A stretch of DNA of 64,000 nucleotides from Gaiellaceae bacterium (GTDB lineage Bacteria > Actinomycetota > Thermoleophilia > Gaiellales > Gaiellaceae), in the NCBI GenBank assembly GCA_035540835.1, contig DATLFU010000023.1:2228-66227 (forward strand), read 5' to 3'. This document shows, piece by piece, positions 38,026 to 47,119 of this stretch. A model generated the notes under the pieces. That model was not told the DNA's origin and did no database searches. It saw nothing but the letters and a program-made list of their open reading frames with translations. Within the stretch, counting starts at the first letter, position 1. Each line of letters starts with the position of its first letter. The translations under genes were made by a program, and so were the position numbers.

Positions 38026-38922
38026 GTGCGCTGGAACCTTTCGGTCGCCGGGATCGCCGCCGCCTGGGGGGCGGTGGCCGTCATCGTCGCCGGGGTCGAG
38101 CTCGACGCGGCGGTGCTCGTCTTCCTGCGGCTCGCCCTCGCGGCGGCGGCGACGGCGGCCGGCGCGGCGCTGCTGCGGCGCCCCGGCGTCCTCCGCCGCC
38201 CGCCCGCGGCGTGGCGCCTGCTCGTCGTCGGCGGCCTGCTCGCGGCGCACTGGTGGCTGTTCTTCCAGACGATCAAGCTCGCCTCGGTCGCCTTCGCGGT
38301 GCTCGTCGTCTACACGGCACCGATCTTCCTCGCGCTGCTCGCGCCGGTCTTCCTGCCGGAGCGCCGCAGCCGCGTCGCGCTCGCCGCGCTCGTCCCCGCG
38401 CTCGCCGGAATCGCGCTCGTCGCCCTTGCCGGGGAGGCGGAGGTGCGCGTCGGCGCCGCCGGCGTCGCCGCGGGCGTCGGCGCCGCGGTCACGTACGCGC
38501 TGCTCGTGATCGCGACGAAGCGCCTGACGCTCACGGTCGCCGCGCCGACGATCACGTTCTGGAGCTACGTCGTCGCCGCGGCCGTCCTCGCGCCGTTCCT
38601 CGCCACGGCCGACCGGATCCTGCCGCGCGGGGCGGAAGTGGGGTACGTGCTCCTCCTCGGGGTCGTCTTCACCGCCCTCTCGGGCGTCGTCTACGTGTGG
38701 CTGCTGCGGAAGGTGACGGCGCAGGCGGTCGGGATCCTGTCGTACCTCGAGCCCGTCTCCGCGGCGTTCCTCGCCTGGGCGATCCTGGGGCAGCCGCTCG
38801 GCGCGCCGGTCCTCCTCGGTGCCGCGCTCGTCGTCGCCGGCGGCGTCCTCGTGGTGCTCGTCGAGCCGGCAGACGCGGCCGCGCCCGTCGAGGCCCTTCC
38901 CGCCGTCGGCGAAGCGGAGTAG
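38026..38922 (+). CDS. DMT-superfamily (EamA-like) transporter
   Basis: GTG at 38026. About 10 TM segments in two EamA-like halves. The track ORF 35746..38922 is a long in-frame over-extension. Confidence 0.75.
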   Translation: MRWNLSVAGIAAAWGAVAVIVAGVELDAAVLVFLRLALAAAATAAGAALLRRPGVLRRPPAAWRLLVVGGLLAAHWWLFFQTIKLASVAFAVLVVYTAPIFLALLAPVFLPERRSRVALAALVPALAGIALVALAGEAEVRVGAAGVAAGVGAAVTYALLVIATKRLTLTVAAPTITFWSYVVAAAVLAPFLATADRILPRGAEVGYVLLLGVVFTALSGVVYVWLLRKVTAQAVGILSYLEPVSAAFLAWAILGQPLGAPVLLGAALVVAGGVLVVLVEPADAAAPVEALPAVGEAE

Positions 38923-38993
38923 CATCCTCCGCCGGAGGGGCGACGCTGCGGCGGCCGCCCCTCCGCCACGAGCGGCCGGTTAGGATCGCCGCG

Positions 38994-39980
38994 GTGCCCG
39001 TCGCGCCCGACAGGAACCTCGCCCTCGAGCTCGTCCGCGTGACCGAGGCCGCCGCGCTCGGCGCAGGTCGCTGGATCGGGCGCGGCGACAAGGAGAGCGC
39101 CGACCAGGCCGCGGTCGACGCGATGCGCGCGATGCTCGACACGGTGCAGATGGACGGCGTCGTCGTGATCGGCGAGGGCGAGAAGGACGAGGCGCCGATG
39201 CTCTACAACGGCGAGGGCGTCGGGAGCGGCAGCGGCCCGCAGGTCGACGTCGCCGTCGACCCGCTCGAGGGCACGCGGCTGACGGCGCTCGGGCAGCCGA
39301 ACGCGATCGCCGTCATCGCGGTCGCGGAGCGGGGGACGATGTTCTACCCCGGCGCGGCTGTCTACATGGACAAGATCGCGTGCGGGCCCGAGGCGGCGGA
39401 CGCGATCGACATCGACGCGTCGCCGACGGAGAACGTCCGCCGCGTCGCGGAGGCGAAGGGGAAGCAGGTGCGCGACGTCGTCGTGATCGTGCTCGAGCGG
39501 GATCGGCACGAGTCGCTGATCGCCGAGCTGCGCGAGTGCGGCGCGCGCGTCCACCTGATCCGCGACGGCGACGTGTCGCCCTCGATCGCGGCCGCGCACG
39601 GAGGCGCCGAGGTCGACCTGCTCATGGGGATCGGCGGGACCCCCGAGGGCGTCATCTCCGCCGCCGCGATCAAGTGCCTCGGCGGCGCGCTCCAGGGGCG
39701 GCTGTGGCCGCGGAACGACGAGGAGCGGCAGGCGCTCGTCGACGCCGGCTTCGACGTCGACGCGGTGCTCACGACCGATGACCTCGTCTCCGGCGACGAC
39801 GTCTTCGTCGCGCTCACCGGCGTCACCGGCGGCGCGCTCCTGCGCGGCGTCCGCTACACGCGCGACGGCGCGACGACGCACTCGATGGTGATGCGCTCCC
39901 GCTCCGGGACGGTGCGGACGGTCGAGGCCGAGCACGCCTTCGAGAAGCTGACGCGCTTCACCGGGCGCGAGTACCGCTAG
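38994..39980 (+). CDS. glpX: class II fructose-1,6-bisphosphatase
   Basis: GTG at 38994. [57 protein letters not shown] and GIGGTPEGV motifs. Confidence 0.9.
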   Translation: MPVAPDRNLALELVRVTEAAALGAGRWIGRGDKESADQAAVDAMRAMLDTVQMDGVVVIGEGEKDEAPMLYNGEGVGSGSGPQVDVAVDPLEGTRLTALGQPNAIAVIAVAERGTMFYPGAAVYMDKIACGPEAADAIDIDASPTENVRRVAEAKGKQVRDVVVIVLERDRHESLIAELRECGARVHLIRDGDVSPSIAAAHGGAEVDLLMGIGGTPEGVISAAAIKCLGGALQGRLWPRNDEERQALVDAGFDVDAVLTTDDLVSGDDVFVALTGVTGGALLRGVRYTRDGATTHSMVMRSRSGTVRTVEAEHAFEKLTRFTGREYR

Positions 39981-39986
39981 CGCGGC

Positions 39987-40301
39987 TCAGTAGTAGTCCT
40001 CGACGCCCTCGTCGGGCGGCGCCCACCCGAGCGTGACCTCGAGCTCGCCGCGCAGGCGGCGCGCGAGCTGGCGGTACGCCTCCGCCTCCGTCAGCGCGAC
40101 CGCCGCCGCTCGCTCGCCGTTCGGCCCCTCCGCAAGCGCGGCCCAGGCACGCACGATCCGCGTCGGCTCGTCGAACCACTGGAACCCCTCGCGGTCCGTG
40201 CCGCGCAGCCGCCACCCGGCCGGCAGCGCCGACTCCGCCTGCGCGCGCGCCTGCTCGACCTCCAGCTTCCTCTGCCTCCGCTCCTTGCCCCAGAACGGCA
40301 C
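39987..40301 (-). CDS. hypothetical protein
   Basis: 104-aa ORF, 4 nt downstream of fba on the same strand. Coding-like GC3. No recognisable motif. Confidence 0.45.
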   Translation of the reverse strand: MPFWGKERRQRKLEVEQARAQAESALPAGWRLRGTDREGFQWFDEPTRIVRAWAALAEGPNGERAAAVALTEAEAYRQLARRLRGELEVTLGWAPPDEGVEDYY

Positions 40302-40305
40302 GGCG

Positions 40306-41334
40306 CTACGCCATCGCGGCCTCGCGCTCCATCTCGGGCGCGTACATCCCCGAGCGCGCCGCGCTGTTCATCTTCGCGCGGTGGTAGTACGCGCGCTGCG
40401 CCGCCTCGACGTTCGCGGGGTCGCCGCGCCACGCCTTCAGCGCCGGCGCCTGCAGGGCGCGGCCGTACGAGAACGAGAGCTGCCACGGGTGCTCGCCCAG
40501 CGCGTTCATCGCGTTCAGGTTCGCGGTGGCGTCCTCGTCGCTCTGGCCGCCCGACAGGAAGACGATCCCCGGAACCGCCGCCGGGACGTGCCGGTAGAAG
40601 CAGCGCATCGTCATCTCCGCGACGCGCTGGTGGTCGGCCTGGTCGGCGCAGTCGTAGCCGGAGAGGACCATGTTCGGCTTGAGCAGCGTGCCCTCGAACT
40701 CGACGCGCTGGTCGCGCAGCTCGGTGTAGAGCGCGTGGAGGACGCGCGAGGTGACGGAGAACGACTCCTCGATGGTGTGCGAGCCGTCCATCAGCACCTC
40801 CGGCTCGACGATCGGGACGATCCCGGCCTCCTGGCACAGCGCCGCGTAGCGCGCGAGCGCGTGCGCGTTGGTCCAGATCGCGTACTCGCTCGGCTTGCCG
40901 CCGCCGATCGTGTACGTCGCGCGCCACTTCGCGAACCGCGCGCCGAGCTCGCGGTACTCCTCGAGCCGCCCGCGCAGCCCGTCCAGCCCCTCGGTCACCG
41001 TCTCGCCGTCGGCGAGCGCGAGCGGCTTCGCGCCCTTGTCGACCTTGATCCCGGGGATCACGCCCTTGCGCTCGAGCAGCTGCGGGAACGGCGTGCCGTC
41101 GGCGGAGCTCTGGCGGATCGTCTCGTCGTAGAGGATCACGCCGCTGATGAACTCCTCGACGCCCTCGGTCGTGAAGAGCAGGTCGCGGTAGGCGCGCCGG
41201 TTCTCCTCCGTCGACTCCACGCCGATCGAGTCGAAGCGCTTCTTGATCGTGCCGTCGCTCTCGTCCGCGGCGAGGATGCCCTTGCCCTCGGCGACGAGCG
41301 CTCTGGCGGTGTCGTGCAGCTCCTGTCCAGGCAT
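40306..41334 (-). CDS. fba: class I fructose-bisphosphate aldolase
   Basis: ATG at 41334 with GAGGAG SD. GKGILAADES, GIKVDKG, LLKPNMV (Schiff-base Lys region), FLSGGQS and SFSYGRALQ motifs. Confidence 0.9.
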   Translation of the reverse strand: MPGQELHDTARALVAEGKGILAADESDGTIKKRFDSIGVESTEENRRAYRDLLFTTEGVEEFISGVILYDETIRQSSADGTPFPQLLERKGVIPGIKVDKGAKPLALADGETVTEGLDGLRGRLEEYRELGARFAKWRATYTIGGGKPSEYAIWTNAHALARYAALCQEAGIVPIVEPEVLMDGSHTIEESFSVTSRVLHALYTELRDQRVEFEGTLLKPNMVLSGYDCADQADHQRVAEMTMRCFYRHVPAAVPGIVFLSGGQSDEDATANLNAMNALGEHPWQLSFSYGRALQAPALKAWRGDPANVEAAQRAYYHRAKMNSAARSGMYAPEMEREAAMA

Positions 41335-41474
41335 CACGTCTCCTCTCGTTCTGGGTGCGGCTACCGGTCCGTGGGACGGCAAGCCCCCCGACGGAGGGAG
41401 TATTCCCCATCGGCGCGCTCGGAATCGCGGCTACGGGCGGGCGGCGGCACGCGCGGAGGCGCGCGCGCCGCGGC

Positions 41475-41645
41475 TCAGGCGCCGGGCAGGCCGGAGATGA
41501 TGTGCAGCACGCGGAGGAACTCGTTGCGCGCGGCGGTCGAGAGCGCGGCGAGCCCACCGAGGATCCCCGCGGTGATGACGCCGAGCACGACCGCGTACTC
41601 GGCCATCGTCTGGCCGTCGTCGCGGCGGAAGCGGGTCTTCAGCAT
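41475..41645 (-). CDS. Flp-family type IVb pilin
   Basis: MLKTRFRRDDGQTMAEYAVVLGVITAGILGGL: the Flp G/xxxxEY processing motif plus a hydrophobic helix. Internal ATG at 41645 preferred over the track start 41678. Confidence 0.7.
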   Translation of the reverse strand: MLKTRFRRDDGQTMAEYAVVLGVITAGILGGLAALSTAARNEFLRVLHIISGLPGA

Positions 41646-41762
41646 CTGGAACCTCCTGGTCGGGAGGGCGTGCCGCACCGCCTCCGGGTCTCCTCGAATT
41701 GTCCGCCGCGCGCGGCGCGCGGCAATCCCTCGTGGCGGTGATTCGCGCTATCCTCGCGGGGC

Positions 41763-41835
41763 GCGGGCGTAGCTCAGTTGGTAGAGCATCAGCTTCCCAA
41801 GCTGAGGGTCGTGGGTTCGAGCCCCATCGCCCGCT
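41763..41835 (+). tRNA. tRNA-Gly (anticodon CCC)
   Basis: Acceptor GCGGGCG/CGCCCGC with discriminator T. D-arm GCTCAGTTGGTAGAGC. Anticodon arm TCAGC-TTCCCAA-GCTGA. T-loop GGTTCGAGCCC. Confidence 0.9.
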
Positions 41836-41864
41836 TTCGAGGACGAGGTGGTGACGGAGACGCC

Positions 41865-42743
41865 GTGCAGCGGCGTAGACGCGACGTGACGGGGCGGGCT
41901 GATCTGATCCGGGCGACGCGGGGTCGCGCGCGACTCGTCGCCGTAGGAGCAGCGATCGCGGCCGTCCTTGCCGGGTGTGGCGGCGCGCCTGCGGCGGAGC
42001 CGGCGGCGGGGCCCGAGAGCGAGAGCGCTCCTGCGTCGCAGGTGCCCGTCCAGGGCGGCTCCCCCGCGCAGCGAGAACTCCTCCGCTCGATCCTCGGCGG
42101 GATGCGCTCGACCTCGATCAGCCGCGTGGAGATCGAGCCGGCGCGGCCGGAGTGGAAGCCGTTCGAGGAGGGGAGCGTGCAGATCGCCCTCGCCGCCGGC
42201 CGCGAGGACGAGCAGCGCGCGTACTGGGAGGAGCTGCTCGTGGCGGGCGCGTTCCGGGATCGCTCCGCCGAGGCGAATGTGCCGCCGGTCGTGGCAGTCG
42301 AGGCGGGAAGGTTCGGGAGCTCGCGGATCGGCCCCGGCGACGGGATCCGCCTGGACCCCGCGGCGACGGGTGCGCCCACCGTCCGGGAGGGCATCGCCGA
42401 CGAGCTCGCGGAAGCGGCTGCGGGGCACGGCGCGGAGATCGAGGAGATCGAGGTGCTGCAGCCGTACGGGCAGGCGTTCGCCGTCACCGTGCGCGTCGAC
42501 GACCCAGCCCGATTCCTTCTCGAGCGCTTCGGCGAGATGCTCGACGGCTTCTTCTGGGACCAGGAGCTCGACGGCGGCTACGTGCTCGTCCGCGACGCGG
42601 GCGGCGACTTCGTGCTGGAGGCGTTCTACGCGACGCGGATCTCCGCCGGCGGCCATCGCGTCCGCCCCGACCTCGAGGGGTGCAACCCGATCCCGCACTC
42701 GCGGCCGGCGCTCAGCCAGCCGCCGCCGTGTCCGGAGCCTTGA
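41865..42743 (+). CDS. hypothetical lipoprotein
   Basis: GTG at 41865 with GGAG 5 nt upstream (GTG 41886 is an alternative). Lipobox AAVLAGCGG. The track start 41778 lies inside tRNA-Gly. Confidence 0.5.
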   Translation: MQRRRRDVTGRADLIRATRGRARLVAVGAAIAAVLAGCGGAPAAEPAAGPESESAPASQVPVQGGSPAQRELLRSILGGMRSTSISRVEIEPARPEWKPFEEGSVQIALAAGREDEQRAYWEELLVAGAFRDRSAEANVPPVVAVEAGRFGSSRIGPGDGIRLDPAATGAPTVREGIADELAEAAAGHGAEIEEIEVLQPYGQAFAVTVRVDDPARFLLERFGEMLDGFFWDQELDGGYVLVRDAGGDFVLEAFYATRISAGGHRVRPDLEGCNPIPHSRPALSQPPPCPEP

Positions 42744-42799
42744 CGCGGGCTGCCGCCGCTGCGGTGGTCGCGGCGCCGGCACGGCCGTAGGATCGGCGG

Positions 42800-43675
42800 G
42801 TGGCGGTGCGCGAGGTGCACGCGCCGGGTCTCGGCGCGGTCGCGCTCGCGACGGCGCTCCTGCAGCGGGCGCGCCTCGCCGACGCGGAGGCCGGCCTCTG
42901 GGAGGCGGCGGACGTCCAGTGGTGGTGGCGGACGCCGCGCGCGTCGGACGCAGTCGCCCAGCGCTTCTGGGTCGACGACACCGGGCCCGTCGCCGCCGTG
43001 CTCCTGACGGACTGGGGGCGGGCTTGGGGGTGCGACCCGCTCGTCGTCCCGGGCGCGGCGGTCGGAGTCGACGAGGTCTGGAGGCGCGCGGCCGAGGCGA
43101 TCGACGCGCTCGGTCTCGGGTCCGTCGAGGTGCTGGTCCGGGACGACGACGAGGAGCTGCGCGAACTCGTCGTGCGCGGCGGGTTCGAACCGGACGAGGC
43201 CGAGCGCGGCGGGATCACGTGGCTCGCGGCGGAGAGCGGCCCTCCGGTCCCGGCACTGCCGGACGGCTTCGTCCTCGTCGACCGCGCACGTTCGCCGGCG
43301 GCGCCGCACCCGATGCGCGGCCGGAACGGGGAGGCGGTGGAGGAGCGGCTGCGGCAGTGCAGCCTGTACGACGCGGCGCTCGACCTCGCGATCGAGGCTC
43401 CTACCGGCGACGTCGCGGCGTACGCGCTCTTCTGGTTCGACCCCGTGACGGAGGTCGGGCTCGTCGAGCCGATGCGCGTGGAGGACGCGTACCAGCGGCG
43501 CGGGCTCGGCCGCGCGCTGCTCGCGGCGGGGCTCGACCGCCTCGCGCATCGCGGGGCGCGACGGCTCAAGGTCGGCTTCTCCACGGAGCCGGCGCGCGCG
43601 CTGTACCTCGCCGCCGGGTTCCGCGTCGCCGCGACGGACACGACCTACCGGCGCGGGTCGCGCGCGCAGCGGTGA
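42800..43675 (+). CDS. GNAT-family N-acetyltransferase
   Basis: C-terminal acetyl-CoA motif VEDAYQRRGLGRALLAAGLDRLAHRGARRL...ARALYLAAGF. Confidence 0.7.
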   Translation: MAVREVHAPGLGAVALATALLQRARLADAEAGLWEAADVQWWWRTPRASDAVAQRFWVDDTGPVAAVLLTDWGRAWGCDPLVVPGAAVGVDEVWRRAAEAIDALGLGSVEVLVRDDDEELRELVVRGGFEPDEAERGGITWLAAESGPPVPALPDGFVLVDRARSPAAPHPMRGRNGEAVEERLRQCSLYDAALDLAIEAPTGDVAAYALFWFDPVTEVGLVEPMRVEDAYQRRGLGRALLAAGLDRLAHRGARRLKVGFSTEPARALYLAAGFRVAATDTTYRRGSRAQR

Positions 43676-43748
43676 CCGCGGCGGCTGCGCCGTTTGGCGT
43701 TCCGGCGTCGGGAGAGAACCGTCGGGTCAACCGAGAGAGGAGAGCCGC

Positions 43749-43814
43749 ATGTACATCGGTGGCGGGCTCATCACGCTGATCATCATCATCCTCATCCTCG
43801 TCTGGCTGCTCTAG
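43749..43814 (+). CDS. 21-codon hydrophobic micro-ORF (MYIGGGLITLIIIILILVWLL)
   Basis: Not in the ORF track (too short). GAGAGGAGAG SD with 6-nt spacing to the ATG. Followed by a GC hairpin at 43818-43840. Confidence 0.35.
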   Translation: MYIGGGLITLIIIILILVWLL

Positions 43815-43817
43815 CCG

Positions 43818-43840
43818 GCGCGGGGGCCGCCCCTCCGCGC
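43818..43840. terminator. GC-rich hairpin between convergent genes (possible bidirectional terminator)
   Basis: GCGCGGGGG-ccgc-CCC(t)CCGCGC stem of 9 bp with one bulge. No U-tract. Confidence 0.3.
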
Positions 43841-43848
43841 ACCGCGCG

Positions 43849-44715
43849 CTACGGCGCGAGCTCGAGCGGGATCTCGACGAGGTTCTGCCGCGACCCGTCG
43901 GCGGCCGATTCCTCGAAGACCCGAAGCGTCCCCATCCCGGCCTCGGCGCCCTCGAACTGGAACGTGGTGTCGAACGTGCCGCGCTCCCCGGATCCCGACG
44001 TCGCGGTGGCGAAGGTGTCGAGGAGCGTCCGCCCGGCAGCGTCGACGAGCTCGACGCGGAAGTTCGCCTCGAACGTGTTCGCCGTCCCCTGGATCCGGAG
44101 CGGGCTGGCGACGCGGTCGCCCGGCGCCGGCGACTCGACGAGGATCGGCGGCGTCACGTCCTCGAAGTCGGCGCGGCCGAGGTCCGTGGCGAGGATCCCC
44201 TCGCCGCCGATCGCGTCGACCGCCTCGCCGTCGAGGCGGATCGAGACGCGCTCGACCGTCGGGAACTGCGTCAGCGTGTAGACGACCTGCGCGACGCGCG
44301 CCGTCATCGACAGCGACCCGCCGCCCGAGGCGAACTCGTCGGAGAGGTCGACCACGGCGTGGCCGCCGCCGTCGATCGAGAGGCCGAGCAGCTCCGTCCC
44401 CTGCGGGATCTCCGTCGCGAGCCCGAGCTCCCGCTCCTCGTCCGTCGGCCCCTGCAGGAGCGCCTCGAGCGACGCGCGGCCGACGGCCGGCCCCGCGTCG
44501 ACCGAACGGGCCGCGACGCCCAGGTGCTCGCCTCGCATCAGGTACACGCGGACGATCCGCGGGTCCTGCTCCGCGGCGGTCTCCGGCGGCTCCGTCTCGG
44601 CGGCCGTCGTCTCCGGCGTCGCGGTTCCAGCGGGCGGAGCCGCGTCGTCACCGGCCCCGCCGCACCCAGGGCAGAGGAGCGCGAGGATCGCGAGAACGGG
44701 AAGCGCGCGACGCAT
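43849..44715 (-). CDS. GerMN + Gmad2 (immunoglobulin-like) domain lipoprotein
   Basis: MRRALPVLAILALLCPGCGG lipobox at internal ATG 44715. SLEALLQGPTDEE...GLATEIP (GerMN) and VESPAPGDRVASPLRIQGTANTFEANF (Gmad2-type) blocks. Confidence 0.7.
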   Translation of the reverse strand: MRRALPVLAILALLCPGCGGAGDDAAPPAGTATPETTAAETEPPETAAEQDPRIVRVYLMRGEHLGVAARSVDAGPAVGRASLEALLQGPTDEERELGLATEIPQGTELLGLSIDGGGHAVVDLSDEFASGGGSLSMTARVAQVVYTLTQFPTVERVSIRLDGEAVDAIGGEGILATDLGRADFEDVTPPILVESPAPGDRVASPLRIQGTANTFEANFRVELVDAAGRTLLDTFATATSGSGERGTFDTTFQFEGAEAGMGTLRVFEESAADGSRQNLVEIPLELAP

Positions 44716-44761
44716 CACCGCGGATTCTGCCGACACGGCTGCGGCGGCGCGCGCGGGCGCG

Positions 44762-46102
44762 TCAGGCGCCGGTCGGGCGCCGCGCGACGGCAGCGGCCGC
44801 GCCCGTCTCGCCGACGACCGGCACCGGCGGGGGCTCCGGGGCGGGCGCGTGGCCGCCCACCGGCGTCACCCACGCCGACCGCGGCAGGTGCCGCTCGAGC
44901 CGCAGCGCCCACGCGGCGCCCGCGAGGCACAGCGCTGCAGCGAGCGCCCAGAGCGCGAGCGGCTCGGAGTGCAGGACGAAGCCCCCCACCGCCGGCCCGA
45001 CGATGAACCCCACCTGCCACGAGATGCTCGAGAGCGCCATGTAGCGGCCGAGGAGGCGCGGGTCCGAGAGGTCGACGACCATCGGCCCCTGGACGGCGCC
45101 GTGCAGGCACTCGCCGAGCGCGAACGCGACCATCGCCGCCGCGAGCACGACGGTGGCGGCGATCCCGGCGAGCGTCGCGCCGACGACGAGGACGACGAGC
45201 CACACCGCCGCCCACAGCACGCCCATCGCCGCGAGCACGCGCATCCGCCGCCGCCCCTCGAGCGCGCGCGCGATCGGCACCTGCGTGAGCACGATCGCCA
45301 GCGTGTTGACGAGGAAGATGAGCCCGATCCCGGTCTCGCTCACGCCGGCTTCGTTCTTCGAGAACACCGGGAAGAACTCCGACAGCGGCACGATTCCGAC
45401 CGCGATGAAGAGCACGTTCAGCGACAGGAACGCGACGAACGGCCGGTTCCGGAGCACGTCCGCGTAGCGGCCGCCGGACCGTTCGCCCCGCGCCTGGCCG
45501 GGCGCGCGCCCTGCGGGGAGGCGCAGGAGGATCGCCGCGAAGACGAGGAAGCTCGCGCCGTCGAGCAGGAAGAGCACGGTGAACGTGCCGGCCGCCTCCG
45601 CGCTCGCGATCAGGCCGCCGACGAGACCGCCGAGCCCGAAGCCGAGGTTCATCGTCACGCGCTGCTGCGCGAACGCCTGGTGCCGCCGGTGCGGCGGCGT
45701 CAGCCGCGTCAGGAGCGACGACTGGCTCGGCCAGAACGCGCCGCTGCCGAGGCCGGCGAGGGCGTTGAGCGCGAACGCGTGCCACGCCTCGGTGATGAGC
45801 GGGAACGCGCTGAAGGCGCCGGCCATCACGAGCAGCGCGCCGGTCAGGGTCGCGCGCGGGCCGACACGGTCGACGAGCGCGCCGCCGAGCGCTCCCGACA
45901 GGAGCCCCGCGACGGCGTTCGTCGCCGCGATCAGCCCCGCCACCGCCAGCGAGATCCCGCGGACGTTGTGCAGGTAGATGATCAGGAACGGGAGCACGAT
46001 CCCGTTCCCGAAGAAGTTCGCGAGACCGCCCGCCTGGAGGATCCACACCTGCCGCGGCAGATCGGGATTCAGGCTGCGGACGTAGGCGCTCAGGTGCCGC
46101 AC
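44762..46102 (-). CDS. MFS transporter
   Basis: 446 aa, 12-14 TM segments. Loop motif GALVDRVGPR between TM2 and TM3. Confidence 0.85.
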   Translation of the reverse strand: MRHLSAYVRSLNPDLPRQVWILQAGGLANFFGNGIVLPFLIIYLHNVRGISLAVAGLIAATNAVAGLLSGALGGALVDRVGPRATLTGALLVMAGAFSAFPLITEAWHAFALNALAGLGSGAFWPSQSSLLTRLTPPHRRHQAFAQQRVTMNLGFGLGGLVGGLIASAEAAGTFTVLFLLDGASFLVFAAILLRLPAGRAPGQARGERSGGRYADVLRNRPFVAFLSLNVLFIAVGIVPLSEFFPVFSKNEAGVSETGIGLIFLVNTLAIVLTQVPIARALEGRRRMRVLAAMGVLWAAVWLVVLVVGATLAGIAATVVLAAAMVAFALGECLHGAVQGPMVVDLSDPRLLGRYMALSSISWQVGFIVGPAVGGFVLHSEPLALWALAAALCLAGAAWALRLERHLPRSAWVTPVGGHAPAPEPPPVPVVGETGAAAAVARRPTGA

Positions 46103-46241
46103 CGCGGCAGCCTAGCCAGCGGTCTTGTGCTACACGCTGAGCGAGCTGCGCGATCTCGACGCGGCGCTCGCGCTCGTATTCGGCCTGTGACGACCCCTCG
46201 CCGACCGGCGGCCGGCGCGAGCCGCTGGCCTCGGCGGTCGA

Positions 46242-46268
46242 GATGCGCCTGGCAGGAATCGAACCTGC
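46242..46268. repeat. att direct repeat, distal copy (orphan tRNA-Arg 3' fragment)
   Basis: GATGCGCCTGGCAGGAATCGAACCTGC is identical to 54556-54582. Confidence 0.85.
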
Positions 46269-46296
46269 CTGCAAATAGGCATCTTTTCCAGCTCGA

Positions 46297-46318
46297 GGAC
46301 AGCACCGGGGACAGCACC
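46297..46318 (+). repeat. tandem 10-mers GGACAGCACC x2 (12-nt register), candidate integrase arm-type sites
   Basis: GGACAGCACCggGGACAGCACC sits 28 nt inside the island from the att copy. The same doublet occurs at 54458-54479. Confidence 0.5.
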
Positions 46319-46362
46319 GTGCGCGCGCGGGCGGCCGCGTCCGAGCGGTTTCGCCGCGCCGA

Positions 46363-46605
46363 CTACAGCTCAGAGGCGGTGATCTCGAGCTCGACCAAGT
46401 CGGGCTGGAGAGCTACCTCGGGAACGAGAAGCCCCTCCTTCGCCGCGGCCTCGAGATAGCCGAGGATGGCGTCGCGCGTCTGATCGAGGGCGTCGTCACG
46501 GGTGTCGCCGTAGGTCGCGAGCGACTCGAGGCTCGGGACGAGCGTCAGCCAGGCGCCCGCAGCTGCATCCCACTCGAGCAGTACTCGAAAGCGCCGGGTC
46601 GTCAT
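46363..46605 (-). CDS. HicB-like (UPF0150) antitoxin-fold protein
   Basis: 80 aa. FRVLLEWDAAAGAWLTLVPSLESLATYGDTRDDALDQTRDAILGYLEAAAKEG matches the HicB N-terminal fold pattern. Confidence 0.7.
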   Translation of the reverse strand: MTTRRFRVLLEWDAAAGAWLTLVPSLESLATYGDTRDDALDQTRDAILGYLEAAAKEGLLVPEVALQPDLVELEITASEL

Positions 46606-46617
46606 CGCTTCGCTGCG

Positions 46618-46875
46618 TTACCGGGAGCTGGCGTGGGCCAGGTTTGCGCGCGCGTCGGCGTAGAGCGGCTCGGGAGCCATGTCGAGACCGTCAGGCCAGG
46701 CGACCGTTCCGGCCTCCGGATCGACGGTGACCCGCGCGAAGTACTCGTGGTCCCGCAGCGGCTCGAAGACGCCACGCCAGACACGTCCGCTGAAGTCGAC
46801 GTCGCCGACCGTTCCGTCCGCGAAGGTCACGCGCAGCCGGTACTCGCCGATGACCTCGACGCCCTTGACGTCCAC
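46618..46875 (-). CDS. DUF2442-like protein
   Basis: YRLRVTFADGTVGDVDF...FEPLRDHEYFARVTVDPEAGTVAWPDGLDMAPEPLY matches the DUF2442 pattern. Confidence 0.7.
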   Translation of the reverse strand: MDVKGVEVIGEYRLRVTFADGTVGDVDFSGRVWRGVFEPLRDHEYFARVTVDPEAGTVAWPDGLDMAPEPLYADARANLAHASSR

Positions 46876-46884
46876 GAGAGCCCG

Positions 46885-47109
46885 TCAGCTCGCGACGCCG
46901 ACCGGCGGCGACGGGAGCATCCGGAGCAGGTCGGGCGGCAAGGTCTCGCTCGCTCGCCAGAACTCGAGCCCCACGAGGTGCCGATCGCGGGAATCGAGCT
47001 CGCGCAAGCCGAAATCGGTTTCCTCGGCGACGACCGTCGTCGGCTGGTAGTCCTCGAACCGCAGCCAGGCGATGTCTGCGTTCTCGTCGTAGTGGCCGTC
47101 GATCTTCAT
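46885..47109 (-). CDS. DUF2283-like protein
   Basis: YDENADIAWLRFED...LVGLEFWRASETLP matches the DUF2283 pattern. Confidence 0.65.
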   Translation of the reverse strand: MKIDGHYDENADIAWLRFEDYQPTTVVAEETDFGLRELDSRDRHLVGLEFWRASETLPPDLLRMLPSPPVGVAS

Positions 47110-47119
47110 TGCACAGATG

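Noticed and set aside
46242-46268. A second tRNA gene at the distal island end
   Set aside because: Only the 3' 25 nt of tRNA-Arg (plus 2 nt) are present. The sequence diverges immediately (CTGCAAATAGG) and no D or anticodon arm can be formed. It is an att scar, not a gene.
46602-46784. 60-aa ORF as the missing HicA partner of the HicB-like gene
   Set aside because: The translation is Ser/Arg/Pro/Thr-rich, has no HicA-like features and lies out of frame inside the DUF2442-like gene.
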